DNA from: Bacteroidota bacterium
GTDB taxonomy: Bacteria > Bacteroidota > Bacteroidia > NS11-12g > UBA955
Length of the DNA stretch: 57,417 bases
Reading direction: 5' to 3'
Assembly (NCBI GenBank): GCA_046301955.1
Contig: JBKCJE010000006.1
Location: 1-57,417, forward strand
This document shows, piece by piece, positions 7,612 through 16,851 of the stretch. Every line of letters starts with the position of its first letter. Position 1 is the stretch's first letter. Below the pieces are notes generated by a model, which saw nothing but the letters and a program-made list of their open reading frames with translations, ran no database searches and had not been told where the DNA came from. The position numbers were made by a program, and so were the translations under genes.

Positions 7612-9117
7612 TTACATCTTTTCGCAGTCGGGCTTTTTGTTGTCTTTTTGCTCACTTGCCTCTTTCCTGCGCTTGATGAACCAATCGTTCTTGGTGCCTT
7701 TGAGTTGTGAAATGGTGAAGCCCAGGTAGATGTCCGCATCGCGCACATTGCGGGTATACAGAAAATTCAGGGCGCTGTTACTGCCGATGTAAAAGCATCC
7801 AGCGCGCAGTGAGAATCCTGCACGGAGACTGCGGTAATCGTATTCCAACAAAATGGGCACAGACACCTCCCACTTTTCTTTTTCATACCGCGGAGCGATC
7901 ATCGCATAGCTTTGATATCGCATGTGTTGGGTGAAGCGACCGCGAAGGCTCTGCATCACTTGGTAATTGATAAAAACACGCTTGCTATATTGATAATCGA
8001 CGCTGGCAATGAATCGCGTGGGAAGTCCTATATTTTCTGATCGGGTGTCTGTGGTATAGCCCGACATATCCTTAAAAACATTGTTGAGCGGCGTAATACT
8101 CGGCGTAGGATCCACACCGATGAATTGATCCCGAAAACCAGTGGCATCCCAGATGGTTGATGTGGCATTTACGATATCGGTGGCTTTGACATCATCGTAT
8201 CGGACAGAACCCAAATCGAGCAAACTCAAGCCAAACTTGTATTTGTATTGTTTGTGTTTTTTGAGGTAATCGCCGTTTTGCTTGTAATCGGGTTTGTGGT
8301 AAATCATCCCCCAGCCCAAATCGATGGCTGAGCCTCTGCCGCGACCTTGGTACAACGCGTAGTGAATATTGGTTTGATCGAACTGCAACACATTCTGCCT
8401 CACCTTGTTAATTTGCATGTCATCCCATTTAAAATAAGCACCACCCAATCCCCATATCTTTTTCACCGTGGCTCCAAACATCATTTTTTGCTTCCATGGT
8501 AAGTCTTGGCTGTAAGAAATATTGATCCCTGATGAAACATAGGCATTGACATTGGCCGCACCGCGATCGAGGTTGTAATTGTTGTTTTTATCCAAGATGA
8601 AATAGTTGAATGCGCGCTTATTGTAAGAAAGTTCACGTCGCAAAGCATACGCCAGCGGTTCATTCACGCCGGTCGCGCGACCCAAAACCACAGCATCATT
8701 TAGCCAACCAAGGTGTAATTTTTTGTATTGAATTAGCACCGAGGGCAAATAGGCCATGGCACCTACGCCCGTGAATTTGCGTTTTCGATTGAGGTCTTCG
8801 TAAAGGAATGCAGAATCGAAGCGGGGATTGCCGTTCACCGTCTTATATTGCTCGGGCATCGTACCAAAAATGGCGTGATACGCTGAATAAGGCAATTGCA
8901 AATTGATGTAGTTATTGTTCACATTGGCCCAAGCACCCACGATGTTGACATGCCATTTATAGGGAGAGTTGGCGGTTAACGCGGGATTCACTTTGGCTGC
9001 ATGTACACCGCTGTATTTACCCACGGCAATGGGTGCAAAATGCTGGGCATGAACCCGTGTAGCGGCAAAAGCCAAGCTAAGCAAGAGAAAGATATGATAT
9101 CGCTTTGCCCTAAGCAT
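7612..9117 (-). CDS. Putative outer-membrane beta-barrel protein (possibly DUF5723-like; unverified)
   Basis: The likely start is ATG 9117..9115 (MLRAKRYHIFLLLSLAFAATRVHAQ signal peptide); the track ORF extends to 9219. The protein is rich in Y/G/N alternating beta-strand-like segments. No catalytic motifs were recognised. Confidence 0.75.
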   Translation of the reverse strand: MLRAKRYHIFLLLSLAFAATRVHAQHFAPIAVGKYSGVHAAKVNPALTANSPYKWHVNIVGAWANVNNNYINLQLPYSAYHAIFGTMPEQYKTVNGNPRFDSAFLYEDLNRKRKFTGVGAMAYLPSVLIQYKKLHLGWLNDAVVLGRATGVNEPLAYALRRELSYNKRAFNYFILDKNNNYNLDRGAANVNAYVSSGINISYSQDLPWKQKMMFGATVKKIWGLGGAYFKWDDMQINKVRQNVLQFDQTNIHYALYQGRGRGSAIDLGWGMIYHKPDYKQNGDYLKKHKQYKYKFGLSLLDLGSVRYDDVKATDIVNATSTIWDATGFRDQFIGVDPTPSITPLNNVFKDMSGYTTDTRSENIGLPTRFIASVDYQYSKRVFINYQVMQSLRGRFTQHMRYQSYAMIAPRYEKEKWEVSVPILLEYDYRSLRAGFSLRAGCFYIGSNSALNFLYTRNVRDADIYLGFTISQLKGTKNDWFIKRRKEASEQKDNKKPDCEKM

Positions 9118-9132
9118 CTTTTGTTTAACGCT

Positions 9133-9140
9133 CAAAGATA
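9133..9140 (-). promoter_or_regulatory. Candidate -7 promoter box TATCTTTG
   Basis: Minus strand reads TATCTTTG, 15 nt upstream of ATG 9117. Confidence 0.45.
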
Positions 9141-9231
9141 GGCATATGTTGTGGAGGGAGGGAATTGCTCCATAAATCGACGAAACCAAAAACCATCTAA
9201 CGTTTGAGGTGTTTTCCATTCAAGCTATTTT

Positions 9232-10830
9232 ATGCGATACATACTCTCTGCCATTTCAGCCCTCGCCCTATTCTTTTTGGTTACGCCAACAGCCAATGCA
9301 CAAATGGGATTAGGACTCGGCTTCCCTTGCTACAACAATCAGTACAAATTGGAATTAACGACCACCAAAAGCAAGATTAACACTTGTAGCGATACGATTC
9401 AATTGAGTGTAAGTTCTACGGGCAATCCCCAGGTTTATTGGACGGATGGATACTCCGGCAGTTCGCGTGTAGTAAGCAGCAACGGCGTTTTTCAAGCCTA
9501 TGCATACGACAGTGCTTTTAATTGTGTTGACACAACCGCCAGCGTGGCTGTTACAGTAAATGACGCCTATGTTAATATTTACAGCTTCGCTGGAACCAAT
9601 CCCACAAAATTGTGCGAAGGAAGCTCAGTAACCCTTTACGCCTACTCTACCGCTCCCGTAAAATGGAACACTGGTGATTCAACCAATACAATCCTTGTTA
9701 CCAAAGGCGGAAAATACAGAGCCATTTCAACTTCCATAAATGGCTGTTCTGATACCTCCGAATTCCTGGAGGTAATCGTCAATAAAGTAAAATCGTTGAC
9801 CATCAAAGCCAATTCTGATACCATCATTTGTTTGGGCGATACAGTTGAACTGGAACTCACAACCCAATACGGTTACAATGGCATGTACTGGAATCCCTAC
9901 TACAACACATCGCGCATTGTGAAAATTGTGGCCCCGGGCACGATCAATGTCTTCGCATTGGATTCTGCAACAAGTTGTGGCATCAAATCAAACAGCATCC
10001 AAGTAAAAGTGCTTGCACCCAGTGTAGAACCCTTGTGCATGGTAACAGTGGATAGCGCTACAGGAAGAAATAAACTCATTTGGAAAGTCACACCCAATCA
10101 GCGTACAGCCTACTACAACATTTACCGAGAATCAAATTTTGCCGGTGAATTCGACCTCATTGGCGACGCCGATCTCACCAATGCTGGTACCTTCCTGGAT
10201 ACCCAAGTAAACCCAAAACAACGTCCTTTCACGTATTATATCGAAGCGATTGACTCTTGTAACAACAGTGAGGCGATGTCGCGCTACTACGCCCACACTA
10301 CGCTGCATTTAACAGCCAATTTGGGTGTAAACGGCGAAAACAACTTGAATTGGTCTGACTATGTGGGGATTTATCCATTGAATACCTATATCATTTATCG
10401 AAGCAACAATTCTGGCAAGTTTACCGCCATTGCATCGGTGGCTGCTACCGTAAAATCGTTCAGCGACTTAAACCCTCCCAGTGGCAAGAATCGTTACTAC
10501 ATTGGCATCAAAGGACAGACCGCTTGTGACACAGGTGGCAGTAAGTTGAGCATCAATTCAAACATGGTGGCTTTTGGCATTTTGGGTGTGACAGACCGTG
10601 CTACGGCATTGGGTAGCATTGCGCCAAACCCTTGTGTAGACTTCTTGGATGTGCGATTTGTGCAGGGCGGAAAACAAATGCTGCAGATTTGCGATTTACA
10701 AGGCAAAGTACTGAAGCGCTTGGATGTTTCGGCCAGTGAAAACACCCGCATCTCAGTGGCAGATTTGAGTGCCGGCGTTTATTTGCTGTGCGATGGCAAA
10801 GGCGGTGCATTGAAATTCGTGAAACAATAA
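9232..10830 (+). CDS. Secreted Ig-like repeat protein with T9SS type-A C-terminal sorting domain
   Basis: Signal peptide MRYILSAISALALFFLVTPTANAQ. Repeated Cys-containing modules (C..D/SS.. patterns). The C-terminus IAPNPCVDFLDVRF...LQICDLQGKVLKRLDV...LSAGVYLLCDG...KFVKQ matches the T9SS CTD pattern. Confidence 0.85.
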   Translation: MRYILSAISALALFFLVTPTANAQMGLGLGFPCYNNQYKLELTTTKSKINTCSDTIQLSVSSTGNPQVYWTDGYSGSSRVVSSNGVFQAYAYDSAFNCVDTTASVAVTVNDAYVNIYSFAGTNPTKLCEGSSVTLYAYSTAPVKWNTGDSTNTILVTKGGKYRAISTSINGCSDTSEFLEVIVNKVKSLTIKANSDTIICLGDTVELELTTQYGYNGMYWNPYYNTSRIVKIVAPGTINVFALDSATSCGIKSNSIQVKVLAPSVEPLCMVTVDSATGRNKLIWKVTPNQRTAYYNIYRESNFAGEFDLIGDADLTNAGTFLDTQVNPKQRPFTYYIEAIDSCNNSEAMSRYYAHTTLHLTANLGVNGENNLNWSDYVGIYPLNTYIIYRSNNSGKFTAIASVAATVKSFSDLNPPSGKNRYYIGIKGQTACDTGGSKLSINSNMVAFGILGVTDRATALGSIAPNPCVDFLDVRFVQGGKQMLQICDLQGKVLKRLDVSASENTRISVADLSAGVYLLCDGKGGALKFVKQ

Positions 10831-10860
10831 GTCGATCAACGCGTTGCGAAATAGAACCTA

Positions 10861-10893
10861 AAAAAGGCGCAGAAATCTGCGCCTTTTTCTTTT
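10861..10893 (+). terminator. Rho-independent terminator
   Basis: AAAAAGGCGCAG-AAAT-CTGCGCCTTTTTCTTTT, a GC stem followed by a T tract, 30 nt after the stop at 10830. Confidence 0.85.
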
Positions 10894-10921
10894 GTGGTTG
10901 ATGTAAATTGATTACTTTGTA

Positions 10922-10935
10922 GACAAATAATTGTC
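10922..10935. promoter_or_regulatory. Inverted repeat GACAA-ATAA-TTGTC upstream of the dnaE2-like gene (candidate operator)
   Basis: 5-4-5 palindrome read directly, 34 nt upstream of ATG 10969. It overlaps a second small palindrome, AATTG-T-CAATT. Confidence 0.3.
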
Positions 10936-10968
10936 AATTTTTTAATCATTTTTATCGAAAAACCCACC

Positions 10969-11628
10969 ATGATCGTTCATTTTCACTCTTTCTTCAGCTT
11001 GCGTTACGGGATGATGTCGCCGGAAGAAATTGTGCAGCGATGTGAATCTGAGGCGATGTCGATGCGACAGAAGGTACCCATCTTACTGGCAGACATCAAC
11101 AATGTATCGGGGGTGAGTAATTATTTGCGGGCGGCGCGGGAGTGCAAGCATATTTTGCCATTGGTGGGCTGTGATATTCGCAACGGGGATAGGCATTTGT
11201 ATTTAATGTTGTGTGAATCGCAGTCGGGGTTTGCGTCGATGAATGGGTTTCTCTCCGATCATTTGATGGGCGATCAGCAATTTCCCGAGGTTGCGCCACG
11301 GCTGTTGGGGGTGAGGGTCATTTATCCGATTGAGCGATTGTGGGGGTGGCAAAAGGACTTGTTGGATTCCGCAGACGGCGGGGCGGTGATTGCTGCGTGG
11401 GGGTTTGGGGTTCCGTGGAGACAATTGGATCGATTGCGGCTGTGGAAGAAATCGTTGCCTGTGGAGCGATTGTTGGCGGTACAGACGGTTACGGTGCGCG
11501 ACGAGATTGATTTTGAGACGCACAAGTTATTGCGGTGTATAGACCACAATTGTTTGCTGTCGAAATTGCCGGAGGGGGCCACGGCGGAGCCGTGGCAGCA
11601 GTGGCAACCGCTGCGACAAAATTTTTAA
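10969..11628 (+). CDS. dnaE: DNA polymerase III alpha (DnaE2-like), N-terminal PHP-domain fragment ending at an in-frame TAA
   Basis: MIVHFHSFFSLRYGMMSPEEIV carries the PHP-domain HxH start typical of DnaE. The fragment ends at TAA 11626..11628, in the same frame as the following ORF. Confidence 0.7.
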   Translation: MIVHFHSFFSLRYGMMSPEEIVQRCESEAMSMRQKVPILLADINNVSGVSNYLRAARECKHILPLVGCDIRNGDRHLYLMLCESQSGFASMNGFLSDHLMGDQQFPEVAPRLLGVRVIYPIERLWGWQKDLLDSADGGAVIAAWGFGVPWRQLDRLRLWKKSLPVERLLAVQTVTVRDEIDFETHKLLRCIDHNCLLSKLPEGATAEPWQQWQPLRQNF

Positions 11629-11634
11629 AAATTT

Positions 11635-14172
11635 GTGGCAGCGAAACACGTGATCACCCAGGCGCGGGCCTTCGCAGAAGGCTGCGCCTGGACCTTCGAA
11701 TGGAACATCCAACAGAACAAAAAAACCTTTACCGGCGACCCCGATCAAGACTTTCGCATGCTGCGGGAATTGGCCTCGGAAGGACTTCACTACCGCTATC
11801 CAAACTACACCTTCCAAACCACACAGCGCCTCGAAAAGGAAATGCAAATGATTTACCAACTCGGCTTTACATCGTACTTTCTGATCAACTGGGACATCTG
11901 CAGGTTCGCACGCGAAAACAACTTCTTCTATGTTGGCAGGGGCTCCGGTGCCAATTCCATGGTGGCCTATTGTTTGCGCATCACCGACGTAGACCCCATC
12001 GACTTAGACCTATACTTCGAACGATTCATCAACCCACACAGGAGCAGTCCGCCCGACTTTGACCTCGATTTCTCTTGGCAAGACAGAGACCACGTTACGG
12101 CGTATATTTTGGAAAAATACAAAGCCCACGGGGCCGCATTGGTAGCCACCTACAGCACATTTCAAACCAATGCAGTGGTGAGGGAATTGGGCAAGGTTTA
12201 CGGATTACCGAAGGCAGAAATTGATGCACTATTGAACAAAACCTCCTATTACAGCCACGCCACCTTCGAGGCTTACACCCCTAGCAAAGGCGATGTATAT
12301 TCTCAGCCGGGGGTTGGCCATGGTATCCGCAATCGCACATTGGGACGATCGGGCGGAAAAACGGTTGAAACAACAGAAAATCCAGTGCCTACAGGGGTTT
12401 CTAACGCCGCAGAGAATTCTACGGCAGTGCGTGAAGACGACCATCCTTCATTGTATCAGGAGTTGCTTAAGCACGCCCACCGCATTCACAACTTACCCAA
12501 CCACTTAAGCATTCACGTGGGGGGCATTTTGATTCCCGAGAAGCACATCCATCATTACAGTGCCACTTTTTTGCCGCCCAAGGGGTTTCCGGTGGTGCAG
12601 TTCAGTTTGCTCGAGGCCGAAGATTTAGGCATCGCCAAGTTTGACATTCTATCACAGCGGGGCTTAGGTCACATCAAAGATGCGGTGGTATATGTACAGC
12701 AGAATCAAGGCATTTCAGTGGATGCCCACCAAATTCATGCGTTCAAGAACGACCCAGTTATACAGCGACTCATAGAAACCGGACATACCACGGGCTGTTT
12801 TTATGTTGAGAGTCCGGCCATGCGCCAACTCTTGCGGAAATTGAAATGCAAGGATTACCTCACACTGGTGGCAGCCAGCAGTGTGATCCGCCCGGGCGTA
12901 GCCCGGAGCGGGATGATGAGGGCATTTATTGAGCGACATGTGGACCCGGCCAAGCGCAGCGAGGCCCATCCCGTGCTGTGGGATTTGATGCCTGAAACCT
13001 ATGGCATCATGGTATACCAAGAAGATGTAATCAAAGTTGCTCACCACTTTGCAGGCATTGGCTTGGGCGAGAGCGATGTCCTTCGGCGCGGCATGAGCGG
13101 CAAATTCCGCAGCAGGGAAGAATTTCAGAAAGTGAAAGAAAGCTTTTTTGCTTCGGCCTTACAAAAAGGACACAAACCAGAACTTGTGGGCGAGGTTTGG
13201 CATCAGATAGAGAGTTTTGCCGGGTATAGTTTCGCCAAAGGACACAGTGCGAGTTATGCGGTGGAAAGCTACCAGAGTCTTTACATGAAAGCCCACTACC
13301 CTTTAGAGTTTTACACCGCGGTGATCAACAATTTCGGGGGTTTTTACCGCACCGAATTTTACGTGCATGCCGCGCGAAAAAGTGGCGCCATCATCGAAGC
13401 CCCATGCATCAACGAAAGTTTGGTCCTCACGCGCATTCAAGGGAAAACCCTGTGGCTGGGATTGGGTTTGGTTGATGGCTTGGAACAACAGTGCGTAAGG
13501 AAGTTGCTTTCTGCACGGGATCAGGCAGGCCCCTTCTCTTCCCTGAGTGATTTCAAACAGCGGGTAGAACCTGGGTTAGAGCAGCTCAAAACGCTCATTC
13601 ACATCGGGGCCTGCCGCAGTTGGCAACGCAGCAGAAAAGCCCTGCTTTGGGAAGCCCACGCCCTGTACGCCTCCAAAAAGGCCGTTGTACAAACCGAAAA
13701 ACTCTTCCTCGAACCCACCAAAGAATACCAACTGCCCAGCTTGGAAGACTCCTGGCTAGAAGTAGCCCACGACGAACGGAACCTACTGGGGTTTTCATTG
13801 GGACATCCATTCCAACTGATCCAAGGAGCGCCATACCCCCACGATCCAGCACTGCCCCATCTATCGAAAATCAGGAGCAAACACTTCCAACAGATGCTCC
13901 ACAAAAACATCCTCATCGAAGGATACCTCGTTACCGTTAAACCCACCAAAACCGTGGGCGGAAAAGAAATGAATTTCGGAACGTGGTTGGATGCCGACGG
14001 ACATTATTTCGACAGTATACACTTTCCGCCATCGCTGAGCAAGAGCCCTTTCAATGGACGGGGGGTATACAGATTGTGGGGCAAGATCACCGAAGATTAC
14101 GGCGTCTTTAACATAGAAGTATCACGGATGGTCAAAATCCCATACCAATCCGATCCACGGTTTGTAGATTAA
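11635..14172 (+). CDS. dnaE: DNA polymerase III alpha (DnaE2-like), main body (palm/fingers/OB) downstream of the in-frame stop
   Basis: FYVGRGSGANSMVAYCLRITDVDPI, PDFDLDF, HVGGILI, KFDILSQRGL, YQEDV, FAGYSFAKGHSASYA are all classic DnaE motifs. The annotated GTG start at 11635 is only 2 codons after the TAA, in the same frame (10969 and 11635 are both 1 mod 3). Confidence 0.8.
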   Translation: MAAKHVITQARAFAEGCAWTFEWNIQQNKKTFTGDPDQDFRMLRELASEGLHYRYPNYTFQTTQRLEKEMQMIYQLGFTSYFLINWDICRFARENNFFYVGRGSGANSMVAYCLRITDVDPIDLDLYFERFINPHRSSPPDFDLDFSWQDRDHVTAYILEKYKAHGAALVATYSTFQTNAVVRELGKVYGLPKAEIDALLNKTSYYSHATFEAYTPSKGDVYSQPGVGHGIRNRTLGRSGGKTVETTENPVPTGVSNAAENSTAVREDDHPSLYQELLKHAHRIHNLPNHLSIHVGGILIPEKHIHHYSATFLPPKGFPVVQFSLLEAEDLGIAKFDILSQRGLGHIKDAVVYVQQNQGISVDAHQIHAFKNDPVIQRLIETGHTTGCFYVESPAMRQLLRKLKCKDYLTLVAASSVIRPGVARSGMMRAFIERHVDPAKRSEAHPVLWDLMPETYGIMVYQEDVIKVAHHFAGIGLGESDVLRRGMSGKFRSREEFQKVKESFFASALQKGHKPELVGEVWHQIESFAGYSFAKGHSASYAVESYQSLYMKAHYPLEFYTAVINNFGGFYRTEFYVHAARKSGAIIEAPCINESLVLTRIQGKTLWLGLGLVDGLEQQCVRKLLSARDQAGPFSSLSDFKQRVEPGLEQLKTLIHIGACRSWQRSRKALLWEAHALYASKKAVVQTEKLFLEPTKEYQLPSLEDSWLEVAHDERNLLGFSLGHPFQLIQGAPYPHDPALPHLSKIRSKHFQQMLHKNILIEGYLVTVKPTKTVGGKEMNFGTWLDADGHYFDSIHFPPSLSKSPFNGRGVYRLWGKITEDYGVFNIEVSRMVKIPYQSDPRFVD

Positions 14173-14180
14173 AAAATCGC

Positions 14181-14693
14181 TTAGTGGTCGTGGTGATGTC
14201 CACCTTCACCGTGCACGTGACCATGATCCAATTCTTCAGCCGTAGCCTCGCGAACCGCCAACACAGAACCGGTAAAGTTCAATGCTTCACCCGCCAAAGG
14301 GTGGTTGAAATCCATCTTTACGGTTTCATCGCCAATTTCAATCACTTCACCGTCCATTGGATTGCCGTCTTGGTCTTGCATAGGCAACATCGCACCCAAC
14401 TGCAACAAATCAGCGGGTACATCATCGCCACCAAAAACCGAACGGGGCAACTCAATAATCCAACCGGCATCGTGCACACCATAACCGTCTTCCGCGGTCA
14501 ATGAAAAAGAAAAACCATCACCCACATTCAACCCATTCAACTGGGCATCAAAGGCCTCCAAAGTTTGGCCAATGCCGTGAATAAAAACCAAGGGCTCATC
14601 AGCATCAGCGAAATCGGCAACTTCGCCATTGGCAAGTGAAAGGGTGTAAGCAATGCTTACAACATGATTGGGGGCAACAGACAAATTAGACAT
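14181..14693 (-). CDS. slyD: FKBP-type peptidyl-prolyl cis-trans isomerase SlyD with His-rich C-terminal tail
   Basis: VSIAYTLSLANGEV...EPLVFIHGIGQTLEAFDAQL...MDFNHPLAGEALNF is a SlyD-like FKBP plus IF domain. The tail is ELDHGHVHGEGGHHHDH. Confidence 0.9.
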   Translation of the reverse strand: MSNLSVAPNHVVSIAYTLSLANGEVADFADADEPLVFIHGIGQTLEAFDAQLNGLNVGDGFSFSLTAEDGYGVHDAGWIIELPRSVFGGDDVPADLLQLGAMLPMQDQDGNPMDGEVIEIGDETVKMDFNHPLAGEALNFTGSVLAVREATAEELDHGHVHGEGGHHHDH

Positions 14694-14839
14694 ATGTAAA
14701 AATTAGGGTGCAAGTAACCACAAAACTCCCTGACCCAAAAATTTGGGCTCAAATAATGTCGAAATTGTGCATAACTCCTCACCCCGCGGTTTCAATCCTG
14801 CCAATCGCAAGGCGTAATTTGGCATGGCAAAATCATCCC

Positions 14840-16840
14840 ATGCAAAGTCACGAAATCAGCGCCAAAATCCTTGCCCTCAGCAACGAACTCAACGACCACA
14901 ATTATCGGTACTATGTGTTGGCAGAACCCGTGATTTCAGACCAAGAATTCGATCTCAAACTCAAAGAATTGGAGGCATTGGAAAAACAGTTCCCCGAATT
15001 CGCCCTGCCAAACAGTCCCACCAAAACCGTGGGCGGCGGTCTGCTCGATGAATTTAAAACTGTGCCCCACAAACGCCGTATGCTATCGCTTGGGAATACC
15101 TATTCTGAAGAAGAATTGTTGGAGTTCGATGAGCGCGTGCGCAAATCCCTCGGTATTGATGCCGTGGAATACGTTTGTGAGCTCAAAATCGACGGGCTGG
15201 CGATATCCTTGTTTTACGAAAACGGACAGTTGATCCAAGCTGTTACCAGAGGCGATGGATTTCAGGGCGATGACGTAACCGAGAATGTCAAAACCATCCG
15301 AAGCGTCACCCAACAACTGCATGGCAACTACCCCACTTCTTTTGAAATTCGCGGCGAAATTTTCATGCACAGAAAAGGGTTTGAGCGTCTCAACCAACAG
15401 CGACAAGCGCAAGGAGAAGCTACCTACGCCAACCCACGCAACGTGGCCTCCGGATCGCTCAAAATCAAAGACGCGAAAGAAGTCGCCAAACGTCCGCTCG
15501 ACATTACCCTATACCATTTCTTATCAGACCAATACCCTTTCGCAACGCACAGCGAGTCGTTAATACAAGCCCAATCTTGGGGTATAAAAACCGCCGAACA
15601 CAGCCAAACCTGTCGCAGTATTGAAGAAGTCTTCGACTATTTGAAACGCTGGGATGCGGCCAGACATGATTTGGGATTTGACACCGACGGCGTGGTGATC
15701 AAGGTAAACTCGCTGCGGCATCAGGAAGAATTGGGCTTTACGGCAAAAGTTCCACGCTGGGCGATTGCGTATAAATTCCAAACAGAAACAGCCACCTCCA
15801 AATTGCTTGGTATCACTTACCAAGTGGGTAGAACCGGCGCCATTACACCCGTAGCAGAATTACAACCCGTGTCCCTCCTCGGCACTACCGTAAAGAGAGC
15901 CAGTCTGCACAACGCCAATGAAATTGAACGATTGGATGTACGCATCGGCGATACCGTTTTTGTAGAAAAAGGCGGCGAAATCATTCCCAAAATTGTAGGG
16001 GTCGACTTTTCTCGTCGTGCAGAAAACTCTGTCCCCCATATGTACATCACCCACTGTCCTGAATGCAACAGCGAACTGCAACGCAACGACGGCGAAGCCC
16101 AACACTATTGCTTAAATTCAGAAGAATGTCCGCCACAAGCCATTGGCAAAATCGAGCATTTTGTGGGAAGGAAGGCGATGGATATCCAGAGCATCGGAAG
16201 TGAAATGGCAGAAACATTGTATCAGCAGGGATTGGTGAAAGAATTGGCCGACTTGTACTTCCTCACATTTGATCAAGTCTTGGCATTGGACCGCGTCGGC
16301 GAAAAAACAGCGATGAACCTCATCGAAGGCATAGAAACCAGCAAATCGCAACCTTTTGAACGCGTCTTGTTTGGTTTGGGCATTCGTTATGTGGGCGAAA
16401 CCGTGGCCAAGAAATTGGCACAAGGATTGGGCAACATCGACGCAATAATGGTCGCAACGGAAGAACAATTGGTCGCCATTGACGAGATTGGAGAACGCAT
16501 TGCCGAATCGGTGGTGCAGTATTTCTCCGAAGAAAAACACAGAATGGGCATTGAACGAATGAAAGCGGCCGGACTCACCTTTACCGCCATTCAAAAAGAG
16601 AGCTTGGGCGATGGTTTGGCTGGCAAAACGATGGTCATTTCTGGTGTATTCGCCAAGCACTCTCGCGATGAAATCAAAGTCATGATTGAAGCGCACGGCG
16701 GAAAAGTAGGTAGCGGCGTAACGGGAAAAACCGATTATTTGGTAGCGGGCGATGGCATCGGCCCCAGCAAATTGGAGAAAGCCACACAGCTCGGCGTAAA
16801 CATCATCGACGAAGACACCTTTTTAACCATGATTTCATAA
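14840..16840 (+). CDS. ligA: NAD-dependent DNA ligase
   Basis: The likely start is ATG 14840 (MQSHEISAKILALSNELNDHNYRYYVL). The KxDG adenylation motif is CELKIDGLAI. A Zn finger (CPECNSEL...CLNSEECP), HhH repeats and a C-terminal BRCT domain (GKTMVISGVF...GKTDYLVAG) are present. Confidence 0.95.
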   Translation: MQSHEISAKILALSNELNDHNYRYYVLAEPVISDQEFDLKLKELEALEKQFPEFALPNSPTKTVGGGLLDEFKTVPHKRRMLSLGNTYSEEELLEFDERVRKSLGIDAVEYVCELKIDGLAISLFYENGQLIQAVTRGDGFQGDDVTENVKTIRSVTQQLHGNYPTSFEIRGEIFMHRKGFERLNQQRQAQGEATYANPRNVASGSLKIKDAKEVAKRPLDITLYHFLSDQYPFATHSESLIQAQSWGIKTAEHSQTCRSIEEVFDYLKRWDAARHDLGFDTDGVVIKVNSLRHQEELGFTAKVPRWAIAYKFQTETATSKLLGITYQVGRTGAITPVAELQPVSLLGTTVKRASLHNANEIERLDVRIGDTVFVEKGGEIIPKIVGVDFSRRAENSVPHMYITHCPECNSELQRNDGEAQHYCLNSEECPPQAIGKIEHFVGRKAMDIQSIGSEMAETLYQQGLVKELADLYFLTFDQVLALDRVGEKTAMNLIEGIETSKSQPFERVLFGLGIRYVGETVAKKLAQGLGNIDAIMVATEEQLVAIDEIGERIAESVVQYFSEEKHRMGIERMKAAGLTFTAIQKESLGDGLAGKTMVISGVFAKHSRDEIKVMIEAHGGKVGSGVTGKTDYLVAGDGIGPSKLEKATQLGVNIIDEDTFLTMIS

Positions 16841-16851
16841 ACTTGCACGAC

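Noticed and set aside
11626-11628. The in-frame TAA in the dnaE2-like gene as evidence for stop-codon reassignment or an alternative genetic code.
   Set aside because: TAA is used as the terminator of many well-supported genes in this same window (for example at 7570, 10830, 14172, 16840, 18272), so a code change is not tenable.
10969-14172. A split-intein or intein-containing DnaE, as in cyanobacteria.
   Set aside because: The two ORFs are contiguous and in frame with only a stop between them. No intein splicing blocks are visible, such as a Cys/Ser at an extein junction with a C-terminal HN motif.
14181-14240. The His-rich tail of SlyD (DHGHVHGEGGHHHDH) as something unusual.
   Set aside because: His-rich metal-binding tails are a well-known feature of SlyD-type PPIases.
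16118-16696. 192-aa minus-strand ORF inside ligA, together with similar antisense or overlapping ORFs at 2728..3288, 26043..26663, 25190..25723 and 11203..11859.
   Set aside because: All overlap confidently assigned genes in another frame or strand and lack motifs.
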